From the NCBI GenBank assembly GCA_964612055.1, contig CAZTBI010000001.1:292824-356823 (forward strand): a stretch of 64,000 bases of DNA. Direction: 5' to 3'. The position numbers were made by a program, and so were the translations under genes. Below are positions 19,256 to 28,405 of the stretch, piece by piece. The first letter of the stretch is position 1. Every line of letters starts with the position of its first letter. This stretch comes from an uncultured Bdellovibrionales bacterium (GTDB lineage Bacteria; Patescibacteriota; Minisyncoccia; Moranbacterales; UBA1568). Below the pieces are notes generated by a model, which was not told where the DNA came from, made no database searches, and was given only the letters and a program-made list of their open reading frames with translations.

Positions 19256-19335
19256 AATGTAAGATTGAGTATTTTGTGTGGATGATACTGGACTCCCCTC
19301 CCGAGGCGGGCAAGGAACCAGTGAAATTTTCCTAG

Positions 19336-19409
19336 TGGTCGCACCTGGACTCGAACCAGGGACCTCTGCAATGTGAATGCAGCATTCTAACCAACTGAAC
19401 TATGCGACC
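19336..19409 (-). tRNA. tRNA-Val(CAC)
   Basis: GGTCGCA acceptor, CTGCA-TTCACAT-TGCAG anticodon arm, GGTTCGAGTCC; CCA not encoded. Confidence 0.93.
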
Positions 19410-19425
19410 AAATTTTTAATCATCC

Positions 19426-20907
19426 CTATTCCTTGTCCTTCATTGGTGGGAAGATAACAGTCTCACGCACAGAACGGTTCATGAGAATAGCAAACAATCG
19501 TTCACTCATACCAAAACCACAGGCTGGTGGCATGCCGTACTCGAGCGCCTGGATGAAGTCCTCGTCCAGCATCATTCCTTCCTTATCGCCAGCATCACGA
19601 AGCTTCATCTGTTCCTCGAAGCGAGCACGTTGATCTATCGGGTCATTGAGCTCAGCAAAGCCATTTCCAAGCTCGCTTTTCCCCGCTACCGGCTGAAAAC
19701 GAAGCGTACGGCGTGGATTCTTGGGATCAACCTTAGCGAGTGGCGATACTTCCAATGGGTGCCCAACCAAGAAACATGGTTGGATCAACTTCTGACGCAC
19801 TGTTTTCTTGTAGATGGTATCAATCATGCGGCCTTTACCGTAGCTTTTCTCATATCTGATACCAAGCTCATCTGCCTTTTTCTTCAACTCTTCAACACTC
19901 ACCTCCTCTGAAAGATCAATACCAATTTCTTTTTTGAATTCGGTGAAATAATCAACACGCGGAAAAGCCACATTCCAGTTGATCGTCTCGCCCTCGTGTT
20001 CCGTTGTCATGGATTCACCAACCACAGCTCGGACGATGTCTTTGTACAGCCGCTCCACCAATTCCATCCCCTGCTCCATATTCATATAGGCAGCATAGAA
20101 TTCCATGTGATCAAATTCTTGCAAATGCTCGCGATCGATCCCTTCGTTACGAAACACACGACCAATTTCGAACACGCGCTCGTAGCCACCAACCAAGAGA
20201 CGTTTGAGCGCTAATTCGAGGGAGATGCGAAGGTAAAAGTCAGCATCAAGAGCGTTGTGATGCGTCACAAATGGCTCAGCTTCAGCTCCGCCTGGGATAT
20301 GTTCCAATACCGGAGTCTGTACTTCAAGAAAATCTTTTTCCGAAAGCACACGGCGCACTGTCTGCCAAAAAGCATTTTTCTTCACAAACAGCTCTCGTGT
20401 TTCTCCATTCATCAAAAGGTCAAGGTAACGCCGGCGCAAAAGCTCTTCTTCATCTTTCAAACCATAGAATTCCGTCGGGATAGGACGAAGCGATTTCGAG
20501 AGCATCTGCCACTTTTCAACCCGAACACTTTTTTCATTCTGTTTAGTTAAAAACACAGTACCAGTCACTGCGATGAAGTCACCAAGATCGACTGTTTCTT
20601 TGAAAAGCTTGAATTGACTATCATCAGCAGGAGTATCAACAGGTGCCATCATTTCCGCTGAAAAAAATCCTTGAACTTTACCAGTACCATCCTCGATGTG
20701 ACAGAAGGCAATTTTTCCCATCACTCGAAGGGATTTGACTCGACCCACAATTGAAACTTGGGTATCAGAACCATTCAAAGTATCAAATTGTTCCAATACC
20801 TCATGAGTAGCATGAGTTCGCGATACCGTTTCCGGATATGCTGTCCCAAAAGCTTCAGTAAGCTTGGTCAATTTCTCTAATTTTGTCGTCAAAATATCTT
20901 CACGCAT
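19426..20907 (-). CDS. lysS: Lysine--tRNA ligase (class II)
   Basis: GGAEAEPF.THHNAL, YLRISLEL, FRNEGID, ALEYGMPP. Confidence 0.97.
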   Translation of the reverse strand: MREDILTTKLEKLTKLTEAFGTAYPETVSRTHATHEVLEQFDTLNGSDTQVSIVGRVKSLRVMGKIAFCHIEDGTGKVQGFFSAEMMAPVDTPADDSQFKLFKETVDLGDFIAVTGTVFLTKQNEKSVRVEKWQMLSKSLRPIPTEFYGLKDEEELLRRRYLDLLMNGETRELFVKKNAFWQTVRRVLSEKDFLEVQTPVLEHIPGGAEAEPFVTHHNALDADFYLRISLELALKRLLVGGYERVFEIGRVFRNEGIDREHLQEFDHMEFYAAYMNMEQGMELVERLYKDIVRAVVGESMTTEHEGETINWNVAFPRVDYFTEFKKEIGIDLSEEVSVEELKKKADELGIRYEKSYGKGRMIDTIYKKTVRQKLIQPCFLVGHPLEVSPLAKVDPKNPRRTLRFQPVAGKSELGNGFAELNDPIDQRARFEEQMKLRDAGDKEGMMLDEDFIQALEYGMPPACGFGMSERLFAILMNRSVRETVIFPPMKDKE

Positions 20908-20944
20908 ATGGTCACATTGTAGCTTCTCCTAAAGCAAAAGACAA

Positions 20945-20978
20945 GCCCGCCTGCAACGCTATGCGTAGCATTGCGGGC
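20945..20978. repeat. REP-like GC-rich imperfect palindrome
   Basis: GCCCGC CTGCAACGCTA TGCG TAGCATTGCG GGC in an AT-rich intergenic region. Confidence 0.45.
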
Positions 20979-21066
20979 AAGAAACCCTCAAGATAATGAC
21001 TCTTGTCATAATAAAGAAAAACCCCGGATTTTCCAGGGTTCCTCGATTTCGTATTACAGTGCAAAT

Positions 21067-21522
21067 CTAGTGCACCGAAAGAATCTCGTACTTCATAGTC
21101 GCAGCAGGCGTCGCCACCTCTACCTTTTCGCCCTTACTCTTCCCGAGAAAAGCTTGGCCCAGAGGTGATTCGTTGGAAATCTTCCCTGCTGCTGGATCGA
21201 CTTCATTGGAACCAACAATTTCGAAATTGAATTCTTTGCTCCCAACTTTTACGGAAAGCTTCGAACCCATGCCAACGGTCGATGAACCCTTGTGCTTGGC
21301 AGCCACGACAGAGTCCTTGAGCATACCTTCGAGCTCCGCAATGCGGGATTCGTTTTCATTCTGATGATGCTTGGCCTCAGTGTATTCAGCGTTTTCTGAA
21401 AGATCGCCTTGTTCCTTCGCCTCCTTGATCGCTTCTGCGATTTCGTGACGAATCTTACTCTTACGCTCCTCAAGCTCTGTCTGAAGCTTCTTGAGACCTT
21501 CTTCGGTGAAAATCTTTGCCAT
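21067..21522 (-). CDS. greA: Transcription elongation factor GreA
   Basis: GDLSENAEY, ISNESPLG.A. Confidence 0.96.
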   Translation of the reverse strand: MAKIFTEEGLKKLQTELEERKSKIRHEIAEAIKEAKEQGDLSENAEYTEAKHHQNENESRIAELEGMLKDSVVAAKHKGSSTVGMGSKLSVKVGSKEFNFEIVGSNEVDPAAGKISNESPLGQAFLGKSKGEKVEVATPAATMKYEILSVH

Positions 21523-21648
21523 GGCTGTATATTTACAAAAGAAAACTCCTATCCCAGAGGAAAGAAGAAAAATTGATTTATGAGTTCCTCAATAGTACCA
21601 AAATCGAAAGAATTGTCAATCCCTCAATTATTGGCTTTTTAGAGGCAT

Positions 21649-23541
21649 TTATTGGCCATCTTTTCGAGAAAAATACCACTGATAGACCTCTTTGGTCACT
21701 GGAACAGCATTGTATCCCTCTTCCCCCTGTCCCTCTACCAGGACGATCATAGCAAGCTTTGGGTCTTCGTACGGCGCGAAAGAGACGAACCAACCATGGG
21801 TTTGATTATTACTCCCGAACTGAGCCGTCCCTGTCTTGCCAGCTACCGCTACCGGGAGATCCTTAAGCGGCTGGGCCGTCCCTTCGGTAATCGTTTCACG
21901 CATCCCTTCACGGACAATACGGAGAATGTCAGGACTGACGAATCCCTGACGGATAACTTTCGGCTGAAGAGCCGTCACCTTGCCATCAGAAGCGCGAATC
22001 TGCGAAACAATCTGTGGACTATACAAGGTTCCACCATTCGCAATAGCAGCCACAGAGTTCAGCACTTGAAGTGGGGTAGCCGTGACAAATCCCTGACCGA
22101 TAGCGGCATGATAGTCATCACCAATATACCAACGCTCACCAATTTTTTCTTTTTTCCATGCCGCATCAGGAATAAGACCTTCTGCCTCGCCCAAAAGATC
22201 AATACCTGTCTTTTCTCCGTATCCGAAGAGTTCTTCATACTTTTTCATACGATCCATGCCGAGACCCCGGATATTTCCGTAACCACCACCGACTGTATAG
22301 AAAAAGACGTCGCTCGACACGGCAATGGCACGTCTGATATCGGTAAAACCGTGAGCCTTCCAGTCACCAAAAAAGAAGTTGCCGATACTAATACCACCAC
22401 GACTTTCTATCTGGGTGTGTTCATCGACTATTCCTTCGGTCAATGCTGCCGCTGCCAAAACCGGCTTGATAGTCGAACCAGGTGGGTATTCCCCAGAAAC
22501 AACACGGTTAAAAAGTGGCTCTGAAGGATCATTGATAAGATTTCTGTACTCCTCACCTGATATGCCAGAAGCAAAAAGATTGTTATCGAAACTCGGCAAA
22601 CTCACCAGAGCCCGCACCGCGCCACTTCTTGGGTCGAGAGCCACCGCTGCCGCGCGTTTGAGACTGTTTTTTTCCAAAATCTCCTGCAGACTATCAAAAA
22701 GTTTCTTCTGAAGATCGGCGTCGATGTTCAAAATAAGATCCTGCCCAGGGGTAGGCTGTACCATCCCAAGGTCCTTTTTTACCTGACCAAAGGCATCCAC
22801 CTCTACTCGCTGGAAGCCATGCTTTCCGCGAAGCGCTGATTCATAACTCTTTTCGATTCCCTGCTTTCCGATAGAGTCCGTGAGTAGATAGTCCGGATGT
22901 GCTGCCAGTTCTTCCTTGCGGATCTTTCCTTCGTACCCGAGAATATGAGAAAAAATGAGGCTATCAACATAGTTACGCTGGGTAGTTTTGTAGAGACTAG
23001 CGCCGGGTAGATCTCGGCTCCGGCTCAGGAAAAGAAGTGTCTCTTCCTGGCTGATCCGCTCCTTGAGCAATACCGGTAGAGTCGAGCGCTGATCAATTTT
23101 CTCAAAAGCCTCATGAAGAATGGCTTCGTCCAAAGAAAATGTCACTCCCAGGAGACGCTTCATGACTTCTTGTTTCTCCCCATCTTCAGGAACATCAGCC
23201 GGAATGAGTACCACATCCATACTGGGAACATTGTGGACCAGCGGTTTACCGGAAATATCGTACATGATGCCACGCGGTGCCGGGATAATGACCGCTCGTA
23301 AACTGTTGCGGAGTGCTGTCGCCCGATACTCACTTCCTTTTATGACACTCAAATAAAAAACCCGACCGCCAAGGACGATGAGGAGGAGGAACATGCCAAA
23401 GAAAAACCAGAGTGAGATATTCCGATTGAGCGGCCACTCCATTTTAGCCGCATCTTTTTCGGTCACCGTCAAAACAGCATCATCAATTTCTATACCGCCT
23501 TTTCTATGGAGAAATATTCCTTTGCGAATAAAGATACCCAT
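21649..23541 (-). CDS. mrdA: Penicillin-binding protein 2 (class B)
   Basis: APRG..YD, YPPGSTIK (SxxK), SSD, KTGTAQ; follows mreBCD. Confidence 0.92.
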   Translation of the reverse strand: MGIFIRKGIFLHRKGGIEIDDAVLTVTEKDAAKMEWPLNRNISLWFFFGMFLLLIVLGGRVFYLSVIKGSEYRATALRNSLRAVIIPAPRGIMYDISGKPLVHNVPSMDVVLIPADVPEDGEKQEVMKRLLGVTFSLDEAILHEAFEKIDQRSTLPVLLKERISQEETLLFLSRSRDLPGASLYKTTQRNYVDSLIFSHILGYEGKIRKEELAAHPDYLLTDSIGKQGIEKSYESALRGKHGFQRVEVDAFGQVKKDLGMVQPTPGQDLILNIDADLQKKLFDSLQEILEKNSLKRAAAVALDPRSGAVRALVSLPSFDNNLFASGISGEEYRNLINDPSEPLFNRVVSGEYPPGSTIKPVLAAAALTEGIVDEHTQIESRGGISIGNFFFGDWKAHGFTDIRRAIAVSSDVFFYTVGGGYGNIRGLGMDRMKKYEELFGYGEKTGIDLLGEAEGLIPDAAWKKEKIGERWYIGDDYHAAIGQGFVTATPLQVLNSVAAIANGGTLYSPQIVSQIRASDGKVTALQPKVIRQGFVSPDILRIVREGMRETITEGTAQPLKDLPVAVAGKTGTAQFGSNNQTHGWFVSFAPYEDPKLAMIVLVEGQGEEGYNAVPVTKEVYQWYFSRKDGQ

Positions 23542-23550
23542 AAGAAATAC

Positions 23551-24093
23551 TTAGCGTACATTACGGAATTGTCGCTGACTCATGAGATCGAGGCGCGCTT
23601 CGACATACTGCACGGAAAAATACGTACCCACAAAAAGTGGCAACATGCCTATCAATGAAAAAATAAGGCTTTCCACCGATGGAATCAGTGCTGAAGAGAA
23701 GAGGGCGTTTGCGCTACTCTGATTATAGACGAAAGTGGAGAAAAAACTCTGATATAAAAGTGCTCCCCCGTAGGCTACCAATCCATAGAGACCGAGACCT
23801 AAGCCACGATGCTCGATGAGGAGGCGTCGCGAGAGAAAGCTGGTTCCATAGGCAAAAACCGTGGCATAGAGAGAAAACCAGGTCACCGCTCCGAGAGAGG
23901 CGGCATCAAAAAGCAGCGAGAGTGGCAGCGTCATAAAGAGAGTACTAGGAAAGCCTCGCACCAGAGTAAAGGCCACGATAACCCCCAAAAGGAAGAGTGG
24001 CGCCCGAAACCAGGGAAAGAGAATATCAAAAAAAGAAATCTGAAGAAAAACCAGGAACAAGAGAACAAGGAGACGGAGAAAAAATATCTTCAT
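23551..24093 (-). CDS. mreD: Rod shape-determining protein MreD
   Basis: Small polytopic membrane protein between mreC and mrdA. Confidence 0.75.
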   Translation of the reverse strand: MKIFFLRLLVLLFLVFLQISFFDILFPWFRAPLFLLGVIVAFTLVRGFPSTLFMTLPLSLLFDAASLGAVTWFSLYATVFAYGTSFLSRRLLIEHRGLGLGLYGLVAYGGALLYQSFFSTFVYNQSSANALFSSALIPSVESLIFSLIGMLPLFVGTYFSVQYVEARLDLMSQRQFRNVR

Positions 24094-24914
24094 GGCGAGA
24101 GAGGATTTTTGATAATAAAAACGTAGCGGAGTGATCCAAAGTCAACAGGAGAAATGACTGAAGCTTGTTGATACAAGTGGTCTGGAGAAAGACGTGTTTC
24201 CTGCAAAGTTCCTATGAGCAAATTTTTCGGAAATTCTCCCCCCAAACCAGAGGTCACGAGGTGATCAGAAGACTTAAGCGTCGTATCCTGGAGTACCATG
24301 TCAAAAAGTATCCCAAGACCATACTCGCCCTTCACGCTTCCTTGGGCGCCGTTTTCAACTGTCACACCAGAGAGCACGCTTTCCGGATGCGTGAGGAGCA
24401 TCACTCGGGAACTTTCCGGGAATACCTCTGAAATCTGCCCCACCAATACACTTCCATAGACAATCACCGGCATCCCCCGCTCTATACCCTGAAGCGCCCC
24501 CTGATCGACCGTGAGCCAATTTCCCAGACCAGCGGCATCACGACCAATCACTTCGGCCGCCCCTAAACGAAACGCCTTTCTTGGAAGCAGCTCAAGTTCC
24601 TTACGCAGCTCTTCATTTTCTTTCGACACTTCTTGCAATTTCACACCCTCCCCTTTGAGACGAATATTTTCCTGTATCAAATGTTCATTATCACGCTTGA
24701 GGTCACCGATAGAAACAAAGAAATGAACGGTATCGCGAATTTCAAAAGCTATTGAAGAGAATATTCCTTGCACCGGCCAAGCCAAAGTAGCGATCACTAC
24801 CCGGAGCGGCTCCATGATAAAACGTGGCTGAAAGATGATACAGAACAAGAGTAAGGCCGAGACAATAAATGCCCGAAAAAATTTTGTTTGAGTAAATTTT
24901 CGCCGGAACGCCAT
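24090..24914 (-). CDS. mreC: Rod shape-determining protein MreC
   Basis: TM, coiled coil ENEELR, A.VIGRD, VTSGLGG.FP. Confidence 0.92.
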   Translation of the reverse strand: MAFRRKFTQTKFFRAFIVSALLLFCIIFQPRFIMEPLRVVIATLAWPVQGIFSSIAFEIRDTVHFFVSIGDLKRDNEHLIQENIRLKGEGVKLQEVSKENEELRKELELLPRKAFRLGAAEVIGRDAAGLGNWLTVDQGALQGIERGMPVIVYGSVLVGQISEVFPESSRVMLLTHPESVLSGVTVENGAQGSVKGEYGLGILFDMVLQDTTLKSSDHLVTSGLGGEFPKNLLIGTLQETRLSPDHLYQQASVISPVDFGSLRYVFIIKNPLSP

Positions 24915-24980
24915 AAAAAAACATATAACAATCAGCAGCGAACAAAGAACGAGTACCGAATGTTCATCTTCTTCGAAACT

Positions 24981-26075
24981 CTAGCCCAGTGGTTTGTTCG
25001 GCTCCTCTTCGATCAGTACTTCTTTCAGACTTTCCATATCATCCAAAACAATACCGGTACCTCGCACCACCGCAGTCAGCGGATCTTCCATCATACGCAC
25101 CGGAATACCTGTTTGATTGGCAATCAACTTGTCGAGTCCACGAATCAGACTCCCGCCCCCTGCCAGAATAATACCGCGCTGCATGACATCTGCCAAAAGT
25201 TCTGGCGGCGTTTCTTCAACGATGGTTTTTATATTATTCACAATGATACGAATCGAACGTGACAGCGCCTCACGGATATGCTCATCATTTGCAATAACTT
25301 CTTTCGGCAATCCCGATACCAAGTCACGGCCACGGAGCGGAAAAGAGAGTCGTTCACGTTGCGGATAGGCACTGCCGATAGCAATCTTGGCCTCTTCGGC
25401 GGTACGCTCGCCAATCAAGATATTAAATTCGTCACGACTATACCGCACGATATCCTCGTTCATTTCGTCACCAGCAATACGCAAGCTACGTGAAATGACG
25501 ACCCCGCCAAGCGAAATCACTGCGATCTCCGTGGTACCACCGCCGATATCAACCACCATGTTGCCGGCTGCTTCGATAACAGGCAGACGAGCACCGATAG
25601 CCGCTGCCATTGGTTCATCAATAAGAAATGCCTGCCTGGCACCGGCATTCATCGCCGCTTCGATTACGGCGCGCTTCTCTACCTCGGTCACACCAGAAGG
25701 GATACCGATCAGTACTCGTGGGCGACGCAAAAAAGCAAAGCTTTCCTGATTCACTTTGTTAATAAAATAGCGAAGCATCTGCTCAGTCACTTCGAAGTCG
25801 CTGATGACGCCATCGACCAGCGGTCGAGTAGCGACAATATGACCCGGGGTCTTGCCGACCATCTTCTTAGCTTCGCGCCCAATGGCCAAAATCTGCCCGG
25901 TACGCTGGTTGATCGCTACCACTGAGGGCTCGTTGATCACGATACCTTTACCACGGACATAAACGAGCGTATTCGCCGTTCCCAAATCAATGCCGATATC
26001 CTGAGACAAATGGCTAAAAAACCTATCAATAAGGCTTTTTTGGATATTTTTAACGATGCGCTCCAGGCTCGACAT
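24981..26075 (-). CDS. mreB: Rod shape-determining protein MreB
   Basis: GIDLGTANT, EPSVVA, DIGGGTTE, LAGGGS. Confidence 0.97.
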   Translation of the reverse strand: MSSLERIVKNIQKSLIDRFFSHLSQDIGIDLGTANTLVYVRGKGIVINEPSVVAINQRTGQILAIGREAKKMVGKTPGHIVATRPLVDGVISDFEVTEQMLRYFINKVNQESFAFLRRPRVLIGIPSGVTEVEKRAVIEAAMNAGARQAFLIDEPMAAAIGARLPVIEAAGNMVVDIGGGTTEIAVISLGGVVISRSLRIAGDEMNEDIVRYSRDEFNILIGERTAEEAKIAIGSAYPQRERLSFPLRGRDLVSGLPKEVIANDEHIREALSRSIRIIVNNIKTIVEETPPELLADVMQRGIILAGGGSLIRGLDKLIANQTGIPVRMMEDPLTAVVRGTGIVLDDMESLKEVLIEEEPNKPLG

Positions 26076-26168
26076 AGAGGGAAAATGTGTTTTAGAGAAT
26101 ACAAAAACAGGACATCCCCCATTCTATCCCATTCTGAAGAATTTTTCCAGTGAGCGACTTTCGACCGT

Positions 26169-27500
26169 TTACGGGGTCAAACGCTTGACGTCACGGGGGT
26201 AGAGAACCGCCTCTTTGATACTACTCAGACCAAGAATCTTTTGAATGATACGCTCAGAACCCAATCCCCAGCCACCATGCTTCGGCGCACCGTAACGGAA
26301 GATATCAATGTAATGTTTGAAATCATCAGGGTTGAGACCTTTTTTCTTAATATTCTCAATAAGCTGATCCGGCTTGTGAATGCGCTGCCCACCGGAAGCA
26401 ATCTCGATACCACGGAAAAGTAGGTCGAATGTTTCCGTATACTTTGGATCATCAGTACTTGGCATACTATAAAATGGTCGCAAATGAACCGGATAGTGTG
26501 TCAAGAAAACCAAATCTGACCCATATGTTTTCTGTACATACTCACAGATCATGCGCTCTCCTTCGCCATCGATATCCTCATTCTCAACTTCTTTGCCGTA
26601 CTCTTTTTTGAGAATATCCAGAGCTTCAGAAAGTCGGATGCGCGGGATCGACACCGCTTCAGGTACGGTTGCCCCGTAACGACCAAGCTGCGCCTGGCAA
26701 CGCTCACCGATCCGTGCAAACATATGCTGCATGGTTTTTTCCAATTCTGCCATTACGTCTTCAACAGAATCAATAAATCCCATTTCGGCATCAAGACCTG
26801 TGTATTCGTTGACGTGGCGAGTCGTGAAATGCGGTTCAGCACGAAAGACGGTTCCAATCTCAAACACCCGTTCAAAAACACTCATACCAGCCTGCTTGTA
26901 AAACTGCGGGCTCTGTGCCAAGAAAGCATCGCGATCAAAATACTTGATCTTGAAAAAGTTGGCGCCACCCTCAGTAGCTGCATCAAGAATCTTTGGTGTT
27001 TTGATTTCAACAAAGCCGTCACCTCGCATAGCTTCATCATAGGAAGCTAAAAGCTCAGAATACATCTCAAAAATTGCCCGTACCTTATCGTGACGAAGTG
27101 TGATGGTACGATTATTGAGTAACGTCTCAAGGTTCAAATTGATATCGGGAGAAGAAATCTCCAATGGCAACTCACCCTCTGGCTTCCCAAGTACTACAAC
27201 GCTCGCCACCTCTATCTCTACTCCTCCGGTAGCTGAACCCTCTTTCTGAGCCTTACCAGGACGCTCCTTCACTAAACCTTCCACCTCTACAATATATTCG
27301 CTGCGCACTTCTTTGGCTGCTTCAATAGCGGCAGCGTTTTCCGGTAATACCACGAGCTGCACTTTACCAGATCGGTCACGGAGTTCGATAAAAATCAACT
27401 TTCCATGATCACGCCTAATATGTACAAAGCCACAAAGCTTCACCTGTTCTCCGACGTGTTCTGGTGTTTCGCTGATCAGTGTTCGTTTCATAGTATTCAT
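26169..27500 (-). CDS. aspS: Aspartate--tRNA(Asp/Asn) ligase, short archaeal-type (non-discriminating)
   Basis: EGGANFF, LAQSPQFYKQ, FRAE...T.RH.NE, EI.SGGQRIH; no GAD insert. Confidence 0.88.
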   Translation of the reverse strand: MNTMKRTLISETPEHVGEQVKLCGFVHIRRDHGKLIFIELRDRSGKVQLVVLPENAAAIEAAKEVRSEYIVEVEGLVKERPGKAQKEGSATGGVEIEVASVVVLGKPEGELPLEISSPDINLNLETLLNNRTITLRHDKVRAIFEMYSELLASYDEAMRGDGFVEIKTPKILDAATEGGANFFKIKYFDRDAFLAQSPQFYKQAGMSVFERVFEIGTVFRAEPHFTTRHVNEYTGLDAEMGFIDSVEDVMAELEKTMQHMFARIGERCQAQLGRYGATVPEAVSIPRIRLSEALDILKKEYGKEVENEDIDGEGERMICEYVQKTYGSDLVFLTHYPVHLRPFYSMPSTDDPKYTETFDLLFRGIEIASGGQRIHKPDQLIENIKKKGLNPDDFKHYIDIFRYGAPKHGGWGLGSERIIQKILGLSSIKEAVLYPRDVKRLTP

Positions 27501-27516
27501 CTATTATTCATTACTC

Positions 27517-28341
27517 TCATTTCTTGGCTTGTTCTGACTGGAAGTAGTCATTGACCGCGTAGGTTAATTCACTTGGCGTAATCTCGGTCTTGAGAAATGC
27601 CTGCGTCACGATACCGGCATCGGTCAGCACCTTGACACTCTCATCCTCAATTGACACTGAAGCAGAAAGAAGAAAGATAGGAACATTTTTCCCCGCCTCT
27701 GTATCCTTGAGACGACTGATAAATTCCCTGCCATCCATATTCGACATCATGACATCGGTGATAATGAGATCGAACTGCTCCTTGAGCGCTGCTTCGAGTC
27801 CGAGAGCACCATCTTTCTCTGTTCTCACTTCGTAGCCCTCATTCTTCAAACGTTTGCTGAACATTTCTACGAAGACAGGCTCGTCCTCTATAAGGAGGAG
27901 TTTTTTGCCAAGACTCACTTTCTCTTCTGGAACCTTCTCTTCATTGGCTAAATTCTTGTCCTGCTCACTAAACTGACGGAGAAAGCGCTCAATCTCGCCA
28001 ACCACCTCAGAAGGTGAGAATTCTGTTTTTGAAATAAAACCATTGGCACCAAGGCTCAGCACCTCTTCGCGATCTTCGTTACTACTTAAATTACTAAATA
28101 CCACTATCTTGATATTCGGATCGTACTCCTTGTTATGACGAAGTTCTCGCAGCACCTCCGTACCACTCATTTCTGGTAGTACCAAATCAAGAAGTACGAG
28201 ATCAAAAGATTGTTCCTTCAACTCTTTCAAAACTGCTTTGCCGGAAGTAACATTTATTGTTTCGAAACCAGAAGTTTCGAGCTTCTTTTTATAAATTTCT
28301 GCAATAAACGGATCATCTTCAACGAGCAGAATCTTGGACAT
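27517..28341 (-). CDS. Response regulator with two receiver domains and no output domain
   Basis: KILLVEDD...DLVLLDLVLPEMSG...K and KLLLIEDE...DLIITDVMMSNMDG...K. Confidence 0.9.
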   Translation of the reverse strand: MSKILLVEDDPFIAEIYKKKLETSGFETINVTSGKAVLKELKEQSFDLVLLDLVLPEMSGTEVLRELRHNKEYDPNIKIVVFSNLSSNEDREEVLSLGANGFISKTEFSPSEVVGEIERFLRQFSEQDKNLANEEKVPEEKVSLGKKLLLIEDEPVFVEMFSKRLKNEGYEVRTEKDGALGLEAALKEQFDLIITDVMMSNMDGREFISRLKDTEAGKNVPIFLLSASVSIEDESVKVLTDAGIVTQAFLKTEITPSELTYAVNDYFQSEQAKK

Positions 28342-28405
28342 AAAGGTTTGGGGTGATTATGAATCAAATCCACGATACCAGAGAATAGACCGAGAATCAA
28401 TGCTC

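Noticed and set aside
17762-19409. tRNA genes as integration sites
   Set aside because: Flanked by core genes; no duplicated tRNA 3' ends noticed
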